Origin: Ruminococcaceae bacterium UBA6845
Lineage (GTDB): Bacteria; Bacillota; Clostridia; Oscillospirales; Acutalibacteraceae
Reading direction: 5' to 3'
Assembly (NCBI GenBank): GCA_002449395.1
Contig: DKDP01000033.1
Span: 106,113 to 170,112, forward strand
DNA: 64,000 bases
Position 1 is the first letter of the stretch. Every line of letters begins with the position of its first letter. A model generated the notes under the pieces. It was given only the letters and a program-made list of their open reading frames with translations. It had not been told where the DNA came from and searched no databases. The translations under genes and the position numbers were made by a program. Below are positions 48,970 through 57,972 of the stretch, piece after piece.

Positions 48970-50949
48970 TTACCTCAAAATAATTTTCCTGATCAGGTCA
49001 AAAAATCTTTTTAAAGTGGCACGGAGTTTGGCAAGGATGAAATCGGCGTTGGAGGTTGTGGAATCAAGGTCATATTCCTTTGTTTCCATAACAAGACCAC
49101 AGCCGACGCATTTGCGCTGCATTATTCCTCTCTCGGTTTCGGTTGCGATTTTGACGATTTTCCACTCACCGGCAATATGACCGGGAGCTTTGATTGTCAT
49201 ATTTTCAAGAGTAGTTTCTTCAAAGGACTCGCCCATGTCGACAAAATATTTTCCGCAGTCTCGGCAGAAATAATATTCAAAATTTCCGTCGCTTTCGCAG
49301 GTTGCCGCCGTTGCCTTGTGATATTCAAAATCGTGAGCCTTGCGAACAATCTTAATTTCTTTACTGACGAAAAATTTATTTTCATAGCTTGCAGTAATTT
49401 TAAGTTCGGCGGCGGTTTCATTTTTGCCTACTCTCAAAACTCCGCTTTCGCTTATATTCGTTTCGCTGTCTGTATTGTTTTCAACGCTCCAGATCACGGA
49501 CTGCGGCGGATTGTTTGTGCCGAGTACATGTGCCGCAAACGAACAGCTTTCGCCCGGTGCAATTTCATCCGAAAATTTTGTGATTTCAATTCCGCTGACT
49601 GACGGCAGATCGGAAGAATCAAAAAACGATCCCTCAATGTTGAACGTCAATTCATCATCGGTCATTTTCGTAACCTCGAGGAAAAGGTCATCGGTTATTT
49701 CAATGTACTCACCAACTGCAAGGGCGGCGTCGGGCTTGTTGTTGTACTGACCGCCGAGCACACTGTAATTCCAGTTATTCACACTCGACTGAAGATTGTT
49801 CGGAATTTTGATTCCCGTTGTCAGCAGATAGCACACAAGACCGCTTTTCAGTGACAGACCCTTGATTTTCGACCCATCGGCAAGATAAAGATCCTTTTTC
49901 TGTGAATCATATTTACTTCCCTTTCCGTCGAAGCGTCTGTATTCAAGGTAAAGCGTTTTACCGATCTCGGGAATATCCATTTTGTATCCGACAACGCCGT
50001 CGGTTTTTTCGTCACGTATAACCTTTAAGGTGTAATTGCCGCCGCTGAGAATATAATTAATATTTTTAATGCCGAGCCAGCCGAGAGCCTCACGCTCTTT
50101 GACAGAAATAAACTGTGCAACCTCCGTGGTGTGCTTGCCCATTGCCGACATATATCCGACGGGCTGATACGGCGACTGATACAGATCGTAAAGTCCGAAT
50201 CCGTGAGCCGTCTCGTGTGAATTAACTCCGATCGCCGTGATTTTATTTCCGTTTGCGTCTGTGTAAAGATATTTATAATCCTTTGTCATCTGAACATATG
50301 ATCGGCTGTGAAGCGGCGTTCCGTTTGAATTAATTTCAACAAGACTTGTCTGATCCTGATAGTTCCATAACGGCGAAGCCCATTCAACGGAAATATTTGT
50401 CTGCACCGTCGGCTTGTAAATTATCGTTATAAGGTCAATATAACCGTCGTGATTTTTATCAAGCTCCGAAAGATCATATTTCTTCTTGCCGCTGTAATCG
50501 GTGATGCCGTTGCCGATTGCACGATTGACCGCCTGCGCCCAGTCTTCCTTGAGCTGATACATTCGCTCGGCTCGTTCTCCGCTGTCAAAATATCCGTCGG
50601 GGTTTTCGTCACTGCCCGAAGCGTAGTAGGCACGCTTGCGGCTGAGAGTGACCGACCCGCCGTTGTCGAAGAGGTAAACACTGTTCATTTGCACCTTGCC
50701 GTTGGAGACGGAGCGAAAATAATCGGAAACATTATACTGCGCCGAGTTATAAGAATTGTCGGTTATTTTGCGGACGGATTCGCCGTAATTGTCGTCGATA
50801 AATTCGTCCTCATCGCTGAATTTTGCAAAGATGATGAGGTTTGTAAAATTTGAATCGTTTTCGTTATTATAAGCCGATGCCGTTTCAAAAAGGCAGGCAA
50901 AAGTAATCTGTAAACACAGAGTAAATGCGATTAATTTTTTTATTTTCAT
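48970..50949 (-). CDS. secreted M6-family (InhA-like) zinc metalloprotease with Ig-like and CxxC modules
   Basis: Signal peptide; HETAHGFGLYDLY matches the M6 HExxHxxGxxDxY signature. An Ig-like segment and two Cys-pair modules (C..CRDCG; CVGCG) follow. The protein ends in an amphipathic tail. Confidence 0.75.
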   Translation of the reverse strand: MKIKKLIAFTLCLQITFACLFETASAYNNENDSNFTNLIIFAKFSDEDEFIDDNYGESVRKITDNSYNSAQYNVSDYFRSVSNGKVQMNSVYLFDNGGSVTLSRKRAYYASGSDENPDGYFDSGERAERMYQLKEDWAQAVNRAIGNGITDYSGKKKYDLSELDKNHDGYIDLITIIYKPTVQTNISVEWASPLWNYQDQTSLVEINSNGTPLHSRSYVQMTKDYKYLYTDANGNKITAIGVNSHETAHGFGLYDLYQSPYQPVGYMSAMGKHTTEVAQFISVKEREALGWLGIKNINYILSGGNYTLKVIRDEKTDGVVGYKMDIPEIGKTLYLEYRRFDGKGSKYDSQKKDLYLADGSKIKGLSLKSGLVCYLLTTGIKIPNNLQSSVNNWNYSVLGGQYNNKPDAALAVGEYIEITDDLFLEVTKMTDDELTFNIEGSFFDSSDLPSVSGIEITKFSDEIAPGESCSFAAHVLGTNNPPQSVIWSVENNTDSETNISESGVLRVGKNETAAELKITASYENKFFVSKEIKIVRKAHDFEYHKATAATCESDGNFEYYFCRDCGKYFVDMGESFEETTLENMTIKAPGHIAGEWKIVKIATETERGIMQRKCVGCGLVMETKEYDLDSTTSNADFILAKLRATLKRFFDLIRKIILR

Positions 50950-51145
50950 TAAACCTACCTCCTTTACCTTTATATAATAGCATCCGAATTGAACAAATCA
51001 ATGAAATTCCACAAACAGAATTGTAAAATTTGATTAATAAGTATTCGTCTAAAGAAGCAATTTGCACAAGAAATAAGAAAATATTGACTAATAAAAAATT
51101 TTTTGTTATAGTATAAAAGGAAAATTTTGTTTCGGAGGTAATCAA

Positions 51146-53194
51146 GTGAAAAAAGCAGTGTCGATAATTATGAGCATTGTTATTGCTCTCTCAAGTGCGA
51201 TTGCGCTTGCCTGCCCCGTCTTTGCCGTTGCAAACGACACGGTGGGCGATTATGATTTCAAGATAACAAATCCGTATGAAACCGTTGATTGGGATACGTG
51301 GAAAGCGTATAAGGGCGCAACTCACGTCCACACGGTAAGAAGTGACGGCGATATCGAGCTTGACGATATGATCGAGAAGTATTATTCTCTCGGCTTTCAG
51401 GCTCTTGCCCTGACCGATCACGGTACAGTCAACTATTCGTGGACCAAGGATCAGGCGAGACTTCCGATTTTTGGCTATCAGTATTTTAAACACGGAAATG
51501 TCGATGAAATTTCCGAGGAGAGATATCAGCAGATTACGACTGGCTCCGACCGTGGCGGTGACGGAATGACAGAGGTTCCGCTCGGTATTGAGCTTAACGG
51601 TTCGTCAACTGCAAAGTGCCACGTCAACAGCTACTATGCGGACTGCGGTCACGGCGATCTTGAGCTTGACTCAAAGTGGCCTGAGGATGCGGTTAAGAAA
51701 AGCCAGGCGGCGGGCGGCATCTGTCATATCAACCACGTCGGTGAGTGGACAGAGGGCAGACACGATATCAACACCTATAATACAGAGTTTGTTGAAAAGT
51801 TTTCAAAGCTCTTCCTAAATTATTCCGCTTGTATCGGTATGGAGCTTGTTAATACAAAGGATAACAGAACTCACAATGACCGTTATCTTTATGATGAAAC
51901 TCTGAAAATTACTGCTCCGAAAGGCAGAAATATCTGGGGCTTCTGCGAGGACGACGCACACGATTTCGGTGATGTTGAAAACAACGCCCAGTATTTCGTA
52001 ATGCCGAAAAATACACAGGCAAATATCCGTACAAGTATGGAAAACGGCACATTCTTTGCCTGCTCAAAGACTTCAAAGAACGATTGGGAGCTCGGCGACG
52101 GATTCGAGGCCGAGGGACCGTTCCCGATGATCAGCAGGGTTAATGTTGACGATGATAAAAATCAGATCAGCGTCAATCCCTACAACGCTCACACCGTTAA
52201 AATGGTAGCCGACGGCAAGGTTATTGCCGAGAAGGCAGTCAGTGCGGATAACGAGGAGATTACATTTGATCTCAATGATTACGAGAGCGAGATCAATTCT
52301 TATGTCCGTATCTATGTTCTCGGTAAAGGCGGAATCTGTTATGCACAGCCGTTCCTTGTAACAAAGACCGAGTATGCGAAGTGCACGATCCAGTTCAACA
52401 TTCCTTATACAGACGTAACCCTTACGGTTAAGGACGAGCAGGGCAATGTTGTTGATCCGCTTAATAATGAATATTACTTCCTCGTGACGGCAGGTAACTA
52501 TACTTACACTGTAACGAAAGCCGGCTATGAAACAAAGGTCGGATCGGTCAATGTTTCTCAGGCAACGGTTGACGCAGGCTTGCAGATCAAGGTTGATGTT
52601 ACGCTTAAGAAAAACGGAGGACCAGTTACGGTCAATGATTCGAACGGACTTGTTTACGGATTCAATATTTTACAGAATATAACGGATTCGGTAAACAACT
52701 CGATCGGAATAAAGCTCGGAACTCATTTTGAAATGGAAGATGCGTCAAAGCCGAAAACCGGCGACACGATTAAGATTGTGGACGATAAAACGGGCAACAC
52801 GCTGAAAACATATACCGTTGTCGTTTTCGGAGATGTCAACGGAGACGGAATCTATGACGGACAGGACGCAACGGTAGTTTCAATGATAATCGGCGGAATG
52901 ATCAGACCCGATGCGGCAACGAGACTTGCGGCTGACTGTAATCACGACGGTGTAATCAATTCCGCAGATCTTACTCTTCTTGAAGAGGCAGGAATCCTGC
53001 TTTCACAGGTTGATCAGCTAGAGAATATTCAGACCTCATCGGTATTTGCCGCGTACAGTGAGATAATATCGCAGGACGTGCCCGCTGAAGAACCGAAGAC
53101 CGATGAACCGACAGAAGAAAAACCAACGTCGCTCGTCAGAAAGTTTTATGAGAACCTCGTTTCGTTCTTCAAATACCTTTTTAAGGTTTTATAA
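51146..53194 (+). CDS. secreted PHP-domain phosphoesterase-like protein with C-terminal dockerin
   Basis: Signal peptide; PHP motif THVHTVRSDGD...ALTDHGT; a carboxypeptidase-regulatory-like beta domain; dockerin repeats GDVNGDGIYDGQD / DCNHDGVINSADL. Ends in an amphipathic tail. Confidence 0.78.
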   Translation: MKKAVSIIMSIVIALSSAIALACPVFAVANDTVGDYDFKITNPYETVDWDTWKAYKGATHVHTVRSDGDIELDDMIEKYYSLGFQALALTDHGTVNYSWTKDQARLPIFGYQYFKHGNVDEISEERYQQITTGSDRGGDGMTEVPLGIELNGSSTAKCHVNSYYADCGHGDLELDSKWPEDAVKKSQAAGGICHINHVGEWTEGRHDINTYNTEFVEKFSKLFLNYSACIGMELVNTKDNRTHNDRYLYDETLKITAPKGRNIWGFCEDDAHDFGDVENNAQYFVMPKNTQANIRTSMENGTFFACSKTSKNDWELGDGFEAEGPFPMISRVNVDDDKNQISVNPYNAHTVKMVADGKVIAEKAVSADNEEITFDLNDYESEINSYVRIYVLGKGGICYAQPFLVTKTEYAKCTIQFNIPYTDVTLTVKDEQGNVVDPLNNEYYFLVTAGNYTYTVTKAGYETKVGSVNVSQATVDAGLQIKVDVTLKKNGGPVTVNDSNGLVYGFNILQNITDSVNNSIGIKLGTHFEMEDASKPKTGDTIKIVDDKTGNTLKTYTVVVFGDVNGDGIYDGQDATVVSMIIGGMIRPDAATRLAADCNHDGVINSADLTLLEEAGILLSQVDQLENIQTSSVFAAYSEIISQDVPAEEPKTDEPTEEKPTSLVRKFYENLVSFFKYLFKVL

Positions 53195-53213
53195 AAATCC
53201 ATAACCAACTAAA

Positions 53214-53260
53214 AGCTGTAATTCACAAACTTTTTGAAAGAAGTGAATTACAGCTTTTTT
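53214..53260 (+). terminator. intrinsic terminator after the PHP-dockerin gene
   Basis: A 13-bp perfect stem (agctgtaattcac / gtgaattacagct) followed by T6. Confidence 0.85.
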
Positions 53261-53378
53261 ATGAGAAGCGGGAAGATTCCTGCGAACATTTAATTGAGCT
53301 CTCTGCTTTAAAGTGCTGTCTATTTTGTTTCATATTTCTTCCCTATGATAACCTCGGAAGAAAAATGAAAGATATTTC

Positions 53379-53406
53379 TTGACAATTCATCTTTATATGG
53401 TATAAT
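53379..53406 (+). promoter_or_regulatory. sigma-A-type promoter for tRNA-Leu
   Basis: TTGACA (53379-53384), 16-nt spacer, TATAAT (53401-53406), with an upstream TG. Confidence 0.6.
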
Positions 53407-53480
53407 CATAAATGCGGATCAGGCAGATTGCCCCGCCTCGGCAGGCTCACCGTGTAAAATTTAGAGCCTTTTATTTTTTT

Positions 53481-53567
53481 GCAGGAGTGGCGGAATCGGC
53501 AGACGCGCTAGATTCAGGTTCTAGTGAATGCAAGTTCATGAGGGTTCAAGTCCCTTCTCCTGCACCA
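53481..53567 (+). tRNA. tRNA-Leu (anticodon CAG)
   Basis: 87 nt: acceptor gcaggag/ctcctgc, anticodon stem ctaga/tctag with loop tt-CAG-gt, a long variable arm (class II), T-arm gaggg-ttcaagt-ccctt, and an encoded CCA. Confidence 0.9.
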
Positions 53568-53569
53568 GA

Positions 53570-53599
53570 AAAGCACTTGCTTTTTGCAAGTGCTTTTTT
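53570..53599 (+). terminator. intrinsic terminator after tRNA-Leu
   Basis: agcacttgc-ttttt-gcaagtgct followed by T5. Confidence 0.85.
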
Positions 53600-53721
53600 C
53601 AACGAGATAAATTCCTGAGGGATTTGCGAATATCCTGCGGCGAGTGATTTATTTCATTTCACCTTTTGTGAAAGCAAAAGTTTTTAAACAAACAATAATA
53701 ACAATTTTCGGAGGATTTATT

Positions 53722-55089
53722 ATGGCAAGAGAAACCTTGAAATCAAGGCTTGGCTTTATCCTGCTTTCCGCAGGCTGTGCGATCGGCGTCGGAAATGTTT
53801 GGAAATTTCCCTATGTCGTCGGACAAAGCGGCGGCGGTGCGTTCGTTCTGATCTACATATTGTTCCTTATTATCCTCGGCTTGCCCGTTATGACAATGGA
53901 ATTTGCGATCGGACGTGCAAGTCAGAGATGTCCCGTCAAAGCGTATCAGGCACTTGAGAAAAAAGGTCAGAAATGGCACATCCACGGCGGTTTCGCACTC
54001 GCAGGCTGTTACCTCCTTATGATGTTCTATACAACTGTCACGGGCTGGATGCTTCACTATTTTTATCTGAACGCCTCGGGCAAGTTTGTCGGATTGGATT
54101 CGACGGCAGTCAGCGGTCAGTTTGATGAAATGCTCGGTCAGCCCGGCATAATGACAATGTGGATGGCAATCGTTGTGGTTACTTGCATCGCCGTTTGCAT
54201 TATCGGACTGCAAAAGGGTCTTGAAAAGGTCACAAAGGTTATGATGATCGCTCTGCTTGTAATTATGCTTGCGCTTGCGGTTAACAGTGTCTTTATGGAC
54301 GGAGCAAAGGAGGGTCTCAGCTTCTACCTTGTTCCGAACCTTGAAAGAATGAAGCAGGTCGGAATTATAAATGTCATTGTCAGCGCAATGAATCAGGCTT
54401 TCTTCACCCTCAGCCTCGGCATCGGTGCAATGGCGATCTTCGGCAGTTATATTGACAAAACCCATTCGCTCCTCGGCGAATCGGTAAGAGTTGTTGTTCT
54501 TGATACATTTGTTGCGATCACGGCGGGACTTATAATTTTCCCTGCGTGCTTTACATATAACGTAGATCAAGCGGCAGGACCGAGCCTGATTTTCGTTACT
54601 CTCCCGAATATTTTTGCAAATATGCCGCTCGGCCGCCTTTGGGGAAGTCTTTTCTTCCTGTTTATGTCTTTCGCCGCTCTTTCAACGGTTCTTGCCGTGT
54701 TTGAGAACATTATAAGCTGCGGTATGGAGCTGTTCGGATGGAGCAGAAAGAAGTCCGGATTTATTAATCTGGTTCTGATTCTTGTGCTGTCGCTTCCGTG
54801 CGTCCTCGGATTTAATCTTCTCAGCGGAGTTAATATTCTCGGCGGCGGAATTATGGATTTTGAGGACTTCCTCGTCAGCAACATTCTTTTGCCGCTCGGC
54901 TCGCTTGTTTATCTTCTGTTCTGCGTTTCACGTTACGGCTGGGGCTGGAATAATTTCAAAGCGGAGGCGAACGCAGGTAAGGGTATGAAAATCAAGGATT
55001 GGATGAGAGGATATCTCACGTATGTCCTCCCGATTATAATCCTCTTTATCTTCGGCTTCGGCATTTACAGCAAATTTTTTGCTGCATAA
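53722..55089 (+). CDS. sodium-dependent transporter, neurotransmitter:sodium symporter (NSS/SNF) family
   Basis: RLGFILLSAGCAIGVGNVWKFPY signature and about 11-12 TM segments. ATG 53722 chosen (GGAGG upstream). Confidence 0.88.
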   Translation: MARETLKSRLGFILLSAGCAIGVGNVWKFPYVVGQSGGGAFVLIYILFLIILGLPVMTMEFAIGRASQRCPVKAYQALEKKGQKWHIHGGFALAGCYLLMMFYTTVTGWMLHYFYLNASGKFVGLDSTAVSGQFDEMLGQPGIMTMWMAIVVVTCIAVCIIGLQKGLEKVTKVMMIALLVIMLALAVNSVFMDGAKEGLSFYLVPNLERMKQVGIINVIVSAMNQAFFTLSLGIGAMAIFGSYIDKTHSLLGESVRVVVLDTFVAITAGLIIFPACFTYNVDQAAGPSLIFVTLPNIFANMPLGRLWGSLFFLFMSFAALSTVLAVFENIISCGMELFGWSRKKSGFINLVLILVLSLPCVLGFNLLSGVNILGGGIMDFEDFLVSNILLPLGSLVYLLFCVSRYGWGWNNFKAEANAGKGMKIKDWMRGYLTYVLPIIILFIFGFGIYSKFFAA

Positions 55090-55097
55090 ATAATTCA

Positions 55098-55137
55098 AAC
55101 AGAGACAAAAGGTAACGCCCTCTTGTCTCTGTTTTTG
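55098..55137 (+). terminator. intrinsic terminator after the NSS transporter
   Basis: An 11-bp stem (aacagagacaa / ttgtctctgtt) followed by a T-run. Confidence 0.75.
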
Positions 55138-55184
55138 TATGTAAAATATTCGACAAAATATTTAGTCAAATCTTTAACAAACTC

Positions 55185-55213
55185 TTGAAATGTGACAAAG
55201 TTTCATATATAAT
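55185..55213 (+). promoter_or_regulatory. sigma-A-type promoter for the aconitase X genes
   Basis: TTGAAA (55185-55190), 17-nt spacer, TATAAT (55208-55213). This leaves a leader of about 100 nt. Confidence 0.5.
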
Positions 55214-55321
55214 TATAATTAGAATGTACGGCTTCCGAATACGCAAGCGTCGGGAGCAGGTTCGGAAACAATAAGTCTGCCTGTGACGGAGGCTTATGAG
55301 GATAAAAGGAGGATAAACCTT

Positions 55322-56632
55322 ATGAATGAAAACTTCAGCTACAAAATGAAGCTGACCGACGAGGAAAAAGATATTCTTCACGGCTCAAAAGGCGAAGTAA
55401 TGGCAAAGGTTATGAAAACCCTTGTTCTTTACGGTGACGCTTTCGGAGCCGAGAAGTTTGTTCCCGTTAACGGAAAGGGACATCTCGTTACGAGCTTCGG
55501 TATTTCGGTTCTCAAACCCGTGTTCTCCATTATGGATGAGCTTATTAAGGGCGGCCTCAAGGTTGACGAGGGATTCACCGTTGACCCGAGACCTATCGAC
55601 TATGCAAACGTTAAATGCAATCCGCTCCAGAAACTGATCTTCAACAAGATCCTTTACGGTATGCAGGATTCCTACGAGGTTCAGCTTAACAAGCTCGGTC
55701 TTAAGAGCGACAAGTCGTTCACCTGCGCCTGCTATTTTGACGAGGTAGGCAACACCCCGAAGAAGGGCGATATTCTTTCATGGGCAGAGAGCTCGGCTGT
55801 TGTATTTGCAAACTCCGTTCTCGGCGCAAGATGTAACCGTAACTCAGGTATTATCGAGCTGTTCGGTTCGATTCTCGGCAAGGTTCCCGAGTTCGATCTT
55901 CTCACAGATGAGGGAAGAAAGGCAAAGTGGATCATCGAGGTTAAGACCACAAAGATTCCCGAGGCTCAGGTTCTCGGTTCGGCAATCGGTATGAAGGTTA
56001 TGGAGGACGTTCCTTACGTCAAGGGTCTTGACAAGTGGATCGGCACAGAGCTTACGGATGACGCTAAGGCATACCTCAAGGATTTCGGCGCAGCAACCGC
56101 TTCAAACGGTGCAGTCGGACTTTATCACATTGAAAATCTCACTCCCGAGGCTGTTGAACAGGGCGAAAGCCTTATCGCCGAGGGTGCTCAGACTTACGTT
56201 ATCGACGATGCAGAGCTTGAGAGAGTTTACAAGAATTATCCCGTTATGTGGAAAGACAAGGGCGCAGCTCCGAAACTTTGCTTTATCGGCTGTCCTCACC
56301 TTTCATATGCTCAGCTCGGCGAGTGGACCGACAGATTTGAGAAAGAGCTCAAGAAGCAGGGCAAGACAAAGGTTGGACTTCGCACTGTTATGACAACAGC
56401 TCCCGAGGTTCTCGACAGATTCAAGAAAGAGAACTCTGCCGCTTATAACAAGCTCATCGGCTTCGGAATCAACATTTCCTGCATCTGCCCGCTTATGTAT
56501 ATGAACAACCCGCTTTGCGGCGGTGACACAAGCAACGTCATCACCTGCTCAAACAAGCTCCGTACATATACAACCGCACGTTATTTCACAACTGACGATA
56601 TCACCAAGATCGCTGTCAAGGGAGGTTTTTGA
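55322..56632 (+). CDS. aconitase X catalytic (large) subunit, DUF521
   Basis: LTDEEKDILHGSKGEVMAKVMKTLVLYGDAFGAEKFVPV is the typical AcnX N-terminus. ATG 55322 chosen (AAAGGAGG upstream). Confidence 0.82.
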   Translation: MNENFSYKMKLTDEEKDILHGSKGEVMAKVMKTLVLYGDAFGAEKFVPVNGKGHLVTSFGISVLKPVFSIMDELIKGGLKVDEGFTVDPRPIDYANVKCNPLQKLIFNKILYGMQDSYEVQLNKLGLKSDKSFTCACYFDEVGNTPKKGDILSWAESSAVVFANSVLGARCNRNSGIIELFGSILGKVPEFDLLTDEGRKAKWIIEVKTTKIPEAQVLGSAIGMKVMEDVPYVKGLDKWIGTELTDDAKAYLKDFGAATASNGAVGLYHIENLTPEAVEQGESLIAEGAQTYVIDDAELERVYKNYPVMWKDKGAAPKLCFIGCPHLSYAQLGEWTDRFEKELKKQGKTKVGLRTVMTTAPEVLDRFKKENSAAYNKLIGFGINISCICPLMYMNNPLCGGDTSNVITCSNKLRTYTTARYFTTDDITKIAVKGGF

Positions 56633-56634
56633 TT

Positions 56635-57099
56635 ATGAGCAAGACATTCAAAGGACGTCCTGTTGTAGCAGGCACAATCAATAAGGGCGAGGCTGTTGTT
56701 TCTCATAACGGTGTAAACACCCTTGCGACATTCCAGAAAACCGCTCTTATGCACGATATTCCGATCATCGGCAAGGACGAGGTTATCGGCTCCGACCAGA
56801 ACAACCCCGACGTATTCGGCAAGAATCTCACAGGCAAGGTACTTTGCCTGCCTCAGACCATCGGTTCGACAACGGGCGGTATGGTTCTCTACACCGTTTG
56901 TGCACTTAATATGGCTCCGGCGGCAATGCTTTTCTCACTGCCGATCGACTCGCTTGCAGCCGCAGGCGTTATCCTCTCCGACGTTTGGACGGATAACACA
57001 ATCGTTGCCGTTGACTCTCTCGGCGACGAGTTCCTTAACGCTGTAAAGGACGGCGACAAGATCACCGTTAAAGAGGACGGAACAGTTATCGTTGAATAA
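56635..57099 (+). CDS. aconitase X swivel (small) subunit, DUF126
   Basis: GRPVVAGTINKGEAVVS...TGKVLCLPQTIGSTTGG pattern. Starts 2 nt after the large-subunit stop. Confidence 0.8.
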   Translation: MSKTFKGRPVVAGTINKGEAVVSHNGVNTLATFQKTALMHDIPIIGKDEVIGSDQNNPDVFGKNLTGKVLCLPQTIGSTTGGMVLYTVCALNMAPAAMLFSLPIDSLAAAGVILSDVWTDNTIVAVDSLGDEFLNAVKDGDKITVKEDGTVIVE

Positions 57100-57164
57100 T
57101 TATTAATTTTCGGAACCGTCGGCAGAGTTTTTCTGCCACGGTTCTTTCTTTTCGGAGGGCTGAT

Positions 57165-57812
57165 ATGGCAAATATCAGAATAGACAACGCATCCGGTGAT
57201 CTGTTGAACATTCGGCTTGACGGGAACGAATATTCACTTCCCGAGGACGAAAGCCTGACGATACAAAACGCCCAAAAGGGGCGGCATATGCTCACCGTAT
57301 CTAAGTCAAGGCGTATCGGCAGGAATGACGAACATTCCGAAAGCGATGTGCCGAAGCTGCCGTCGGACGATGAAAGTCAGTATATTCTGCTCGACAGCGA
57401 ATTTGAGATTGAAACAAATTCGTCAAAAGCGGTTCTGACAGTCAGGAACAAGCCGACGCTTGTTGAAAAGGTCGGAGTTGACGCACTTTTTTCGGGTTGT
57501 GATATTGAGATAAGCGGCGGGAAAACGATCGGGTCAAGGCAGAGCTTTGCAGGACAGGGCGAAAAGAAAAAGTTTATGAAAAAGCAACTGAAAAACGCCT
57601 TTTTCCCGATCGGAATCGGCATTGTGATTTTCACGGTTCTGGTTATTATCGCACTGGCGGCGAACATTTCGGGCAATCCCATAACCCTCGGCGGCAGGAA
57701 ATTTACCTACCCGTGGACATTCGGGCTTGCGGGAATCGACCTTGTATTCATCGGCTATTTTTCATTTATGCTGAGAAACATTTTGACCGCCGCAAAAAAA
57801 TATAAAATCTGA
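57165..57812 (+). CDS. hypothetical membrane protein (soluble N-domain plus two C-terminal TM helices)
   Basis: 215-aa ORF with no recognisable domain. Hydrophobic segments FFPIGIGIVIFTVLVIIALAA and WTFGLAGIDLVFIGYFSFM. Confidence 0.5.
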   Translation: MANIRIDNASGDLLNIRLDGNEYSLPEDESLTIQNAQKGRHMLTVSKSRRIGRNDEHSESDVPKLPSDDESQYILLDSEFEIETNSSKAVLTVRNKPTLVEKVGVDALFSGCDIEISGGKTIGSRQSFAGQGEKKKFMKKQLKNAFFPIGIGIVIFTVLVIIALAANISGNPITLGGRKFTYPWTFGLAGIDLVFIGYFSFMLRNILTAAKKYKI

Positions 57813-57972
57813 GGAGTTGTCGCACATTTCGGCGGCAGCTCCTTTAAAAATTTGCAAAACTTTTTGTAAAAAAAGAGAAATTCGGTTTAATTGTATTTTT
57901 TAGCGGATTTCAAGTATACATCCGCAGTCTTATGTGTTATAATGAAAAAAGATTCCGAAAAGGAGAGTTAAG

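Noticed and set aside
48884-49180. 98-aa ORF MPCKGAYVNPCEYW... downstream of tRNA-Arg
   Set aside because: It starts inside the type-B GC-rich repeat and runs antisense into the 3' end of the M6 protease gene. It has no RBS.
50950-51145. Divergent intergenic region (M6 protease / PHP-dockerin) as an alternative origin, because strand polarity switches here
   Set aside because: There are no DnaA boxes within two mismatches, no trio run and no flanking replication genes. It contains only ordinary divergent promoters (for example TTGACT-17-TATAGT).
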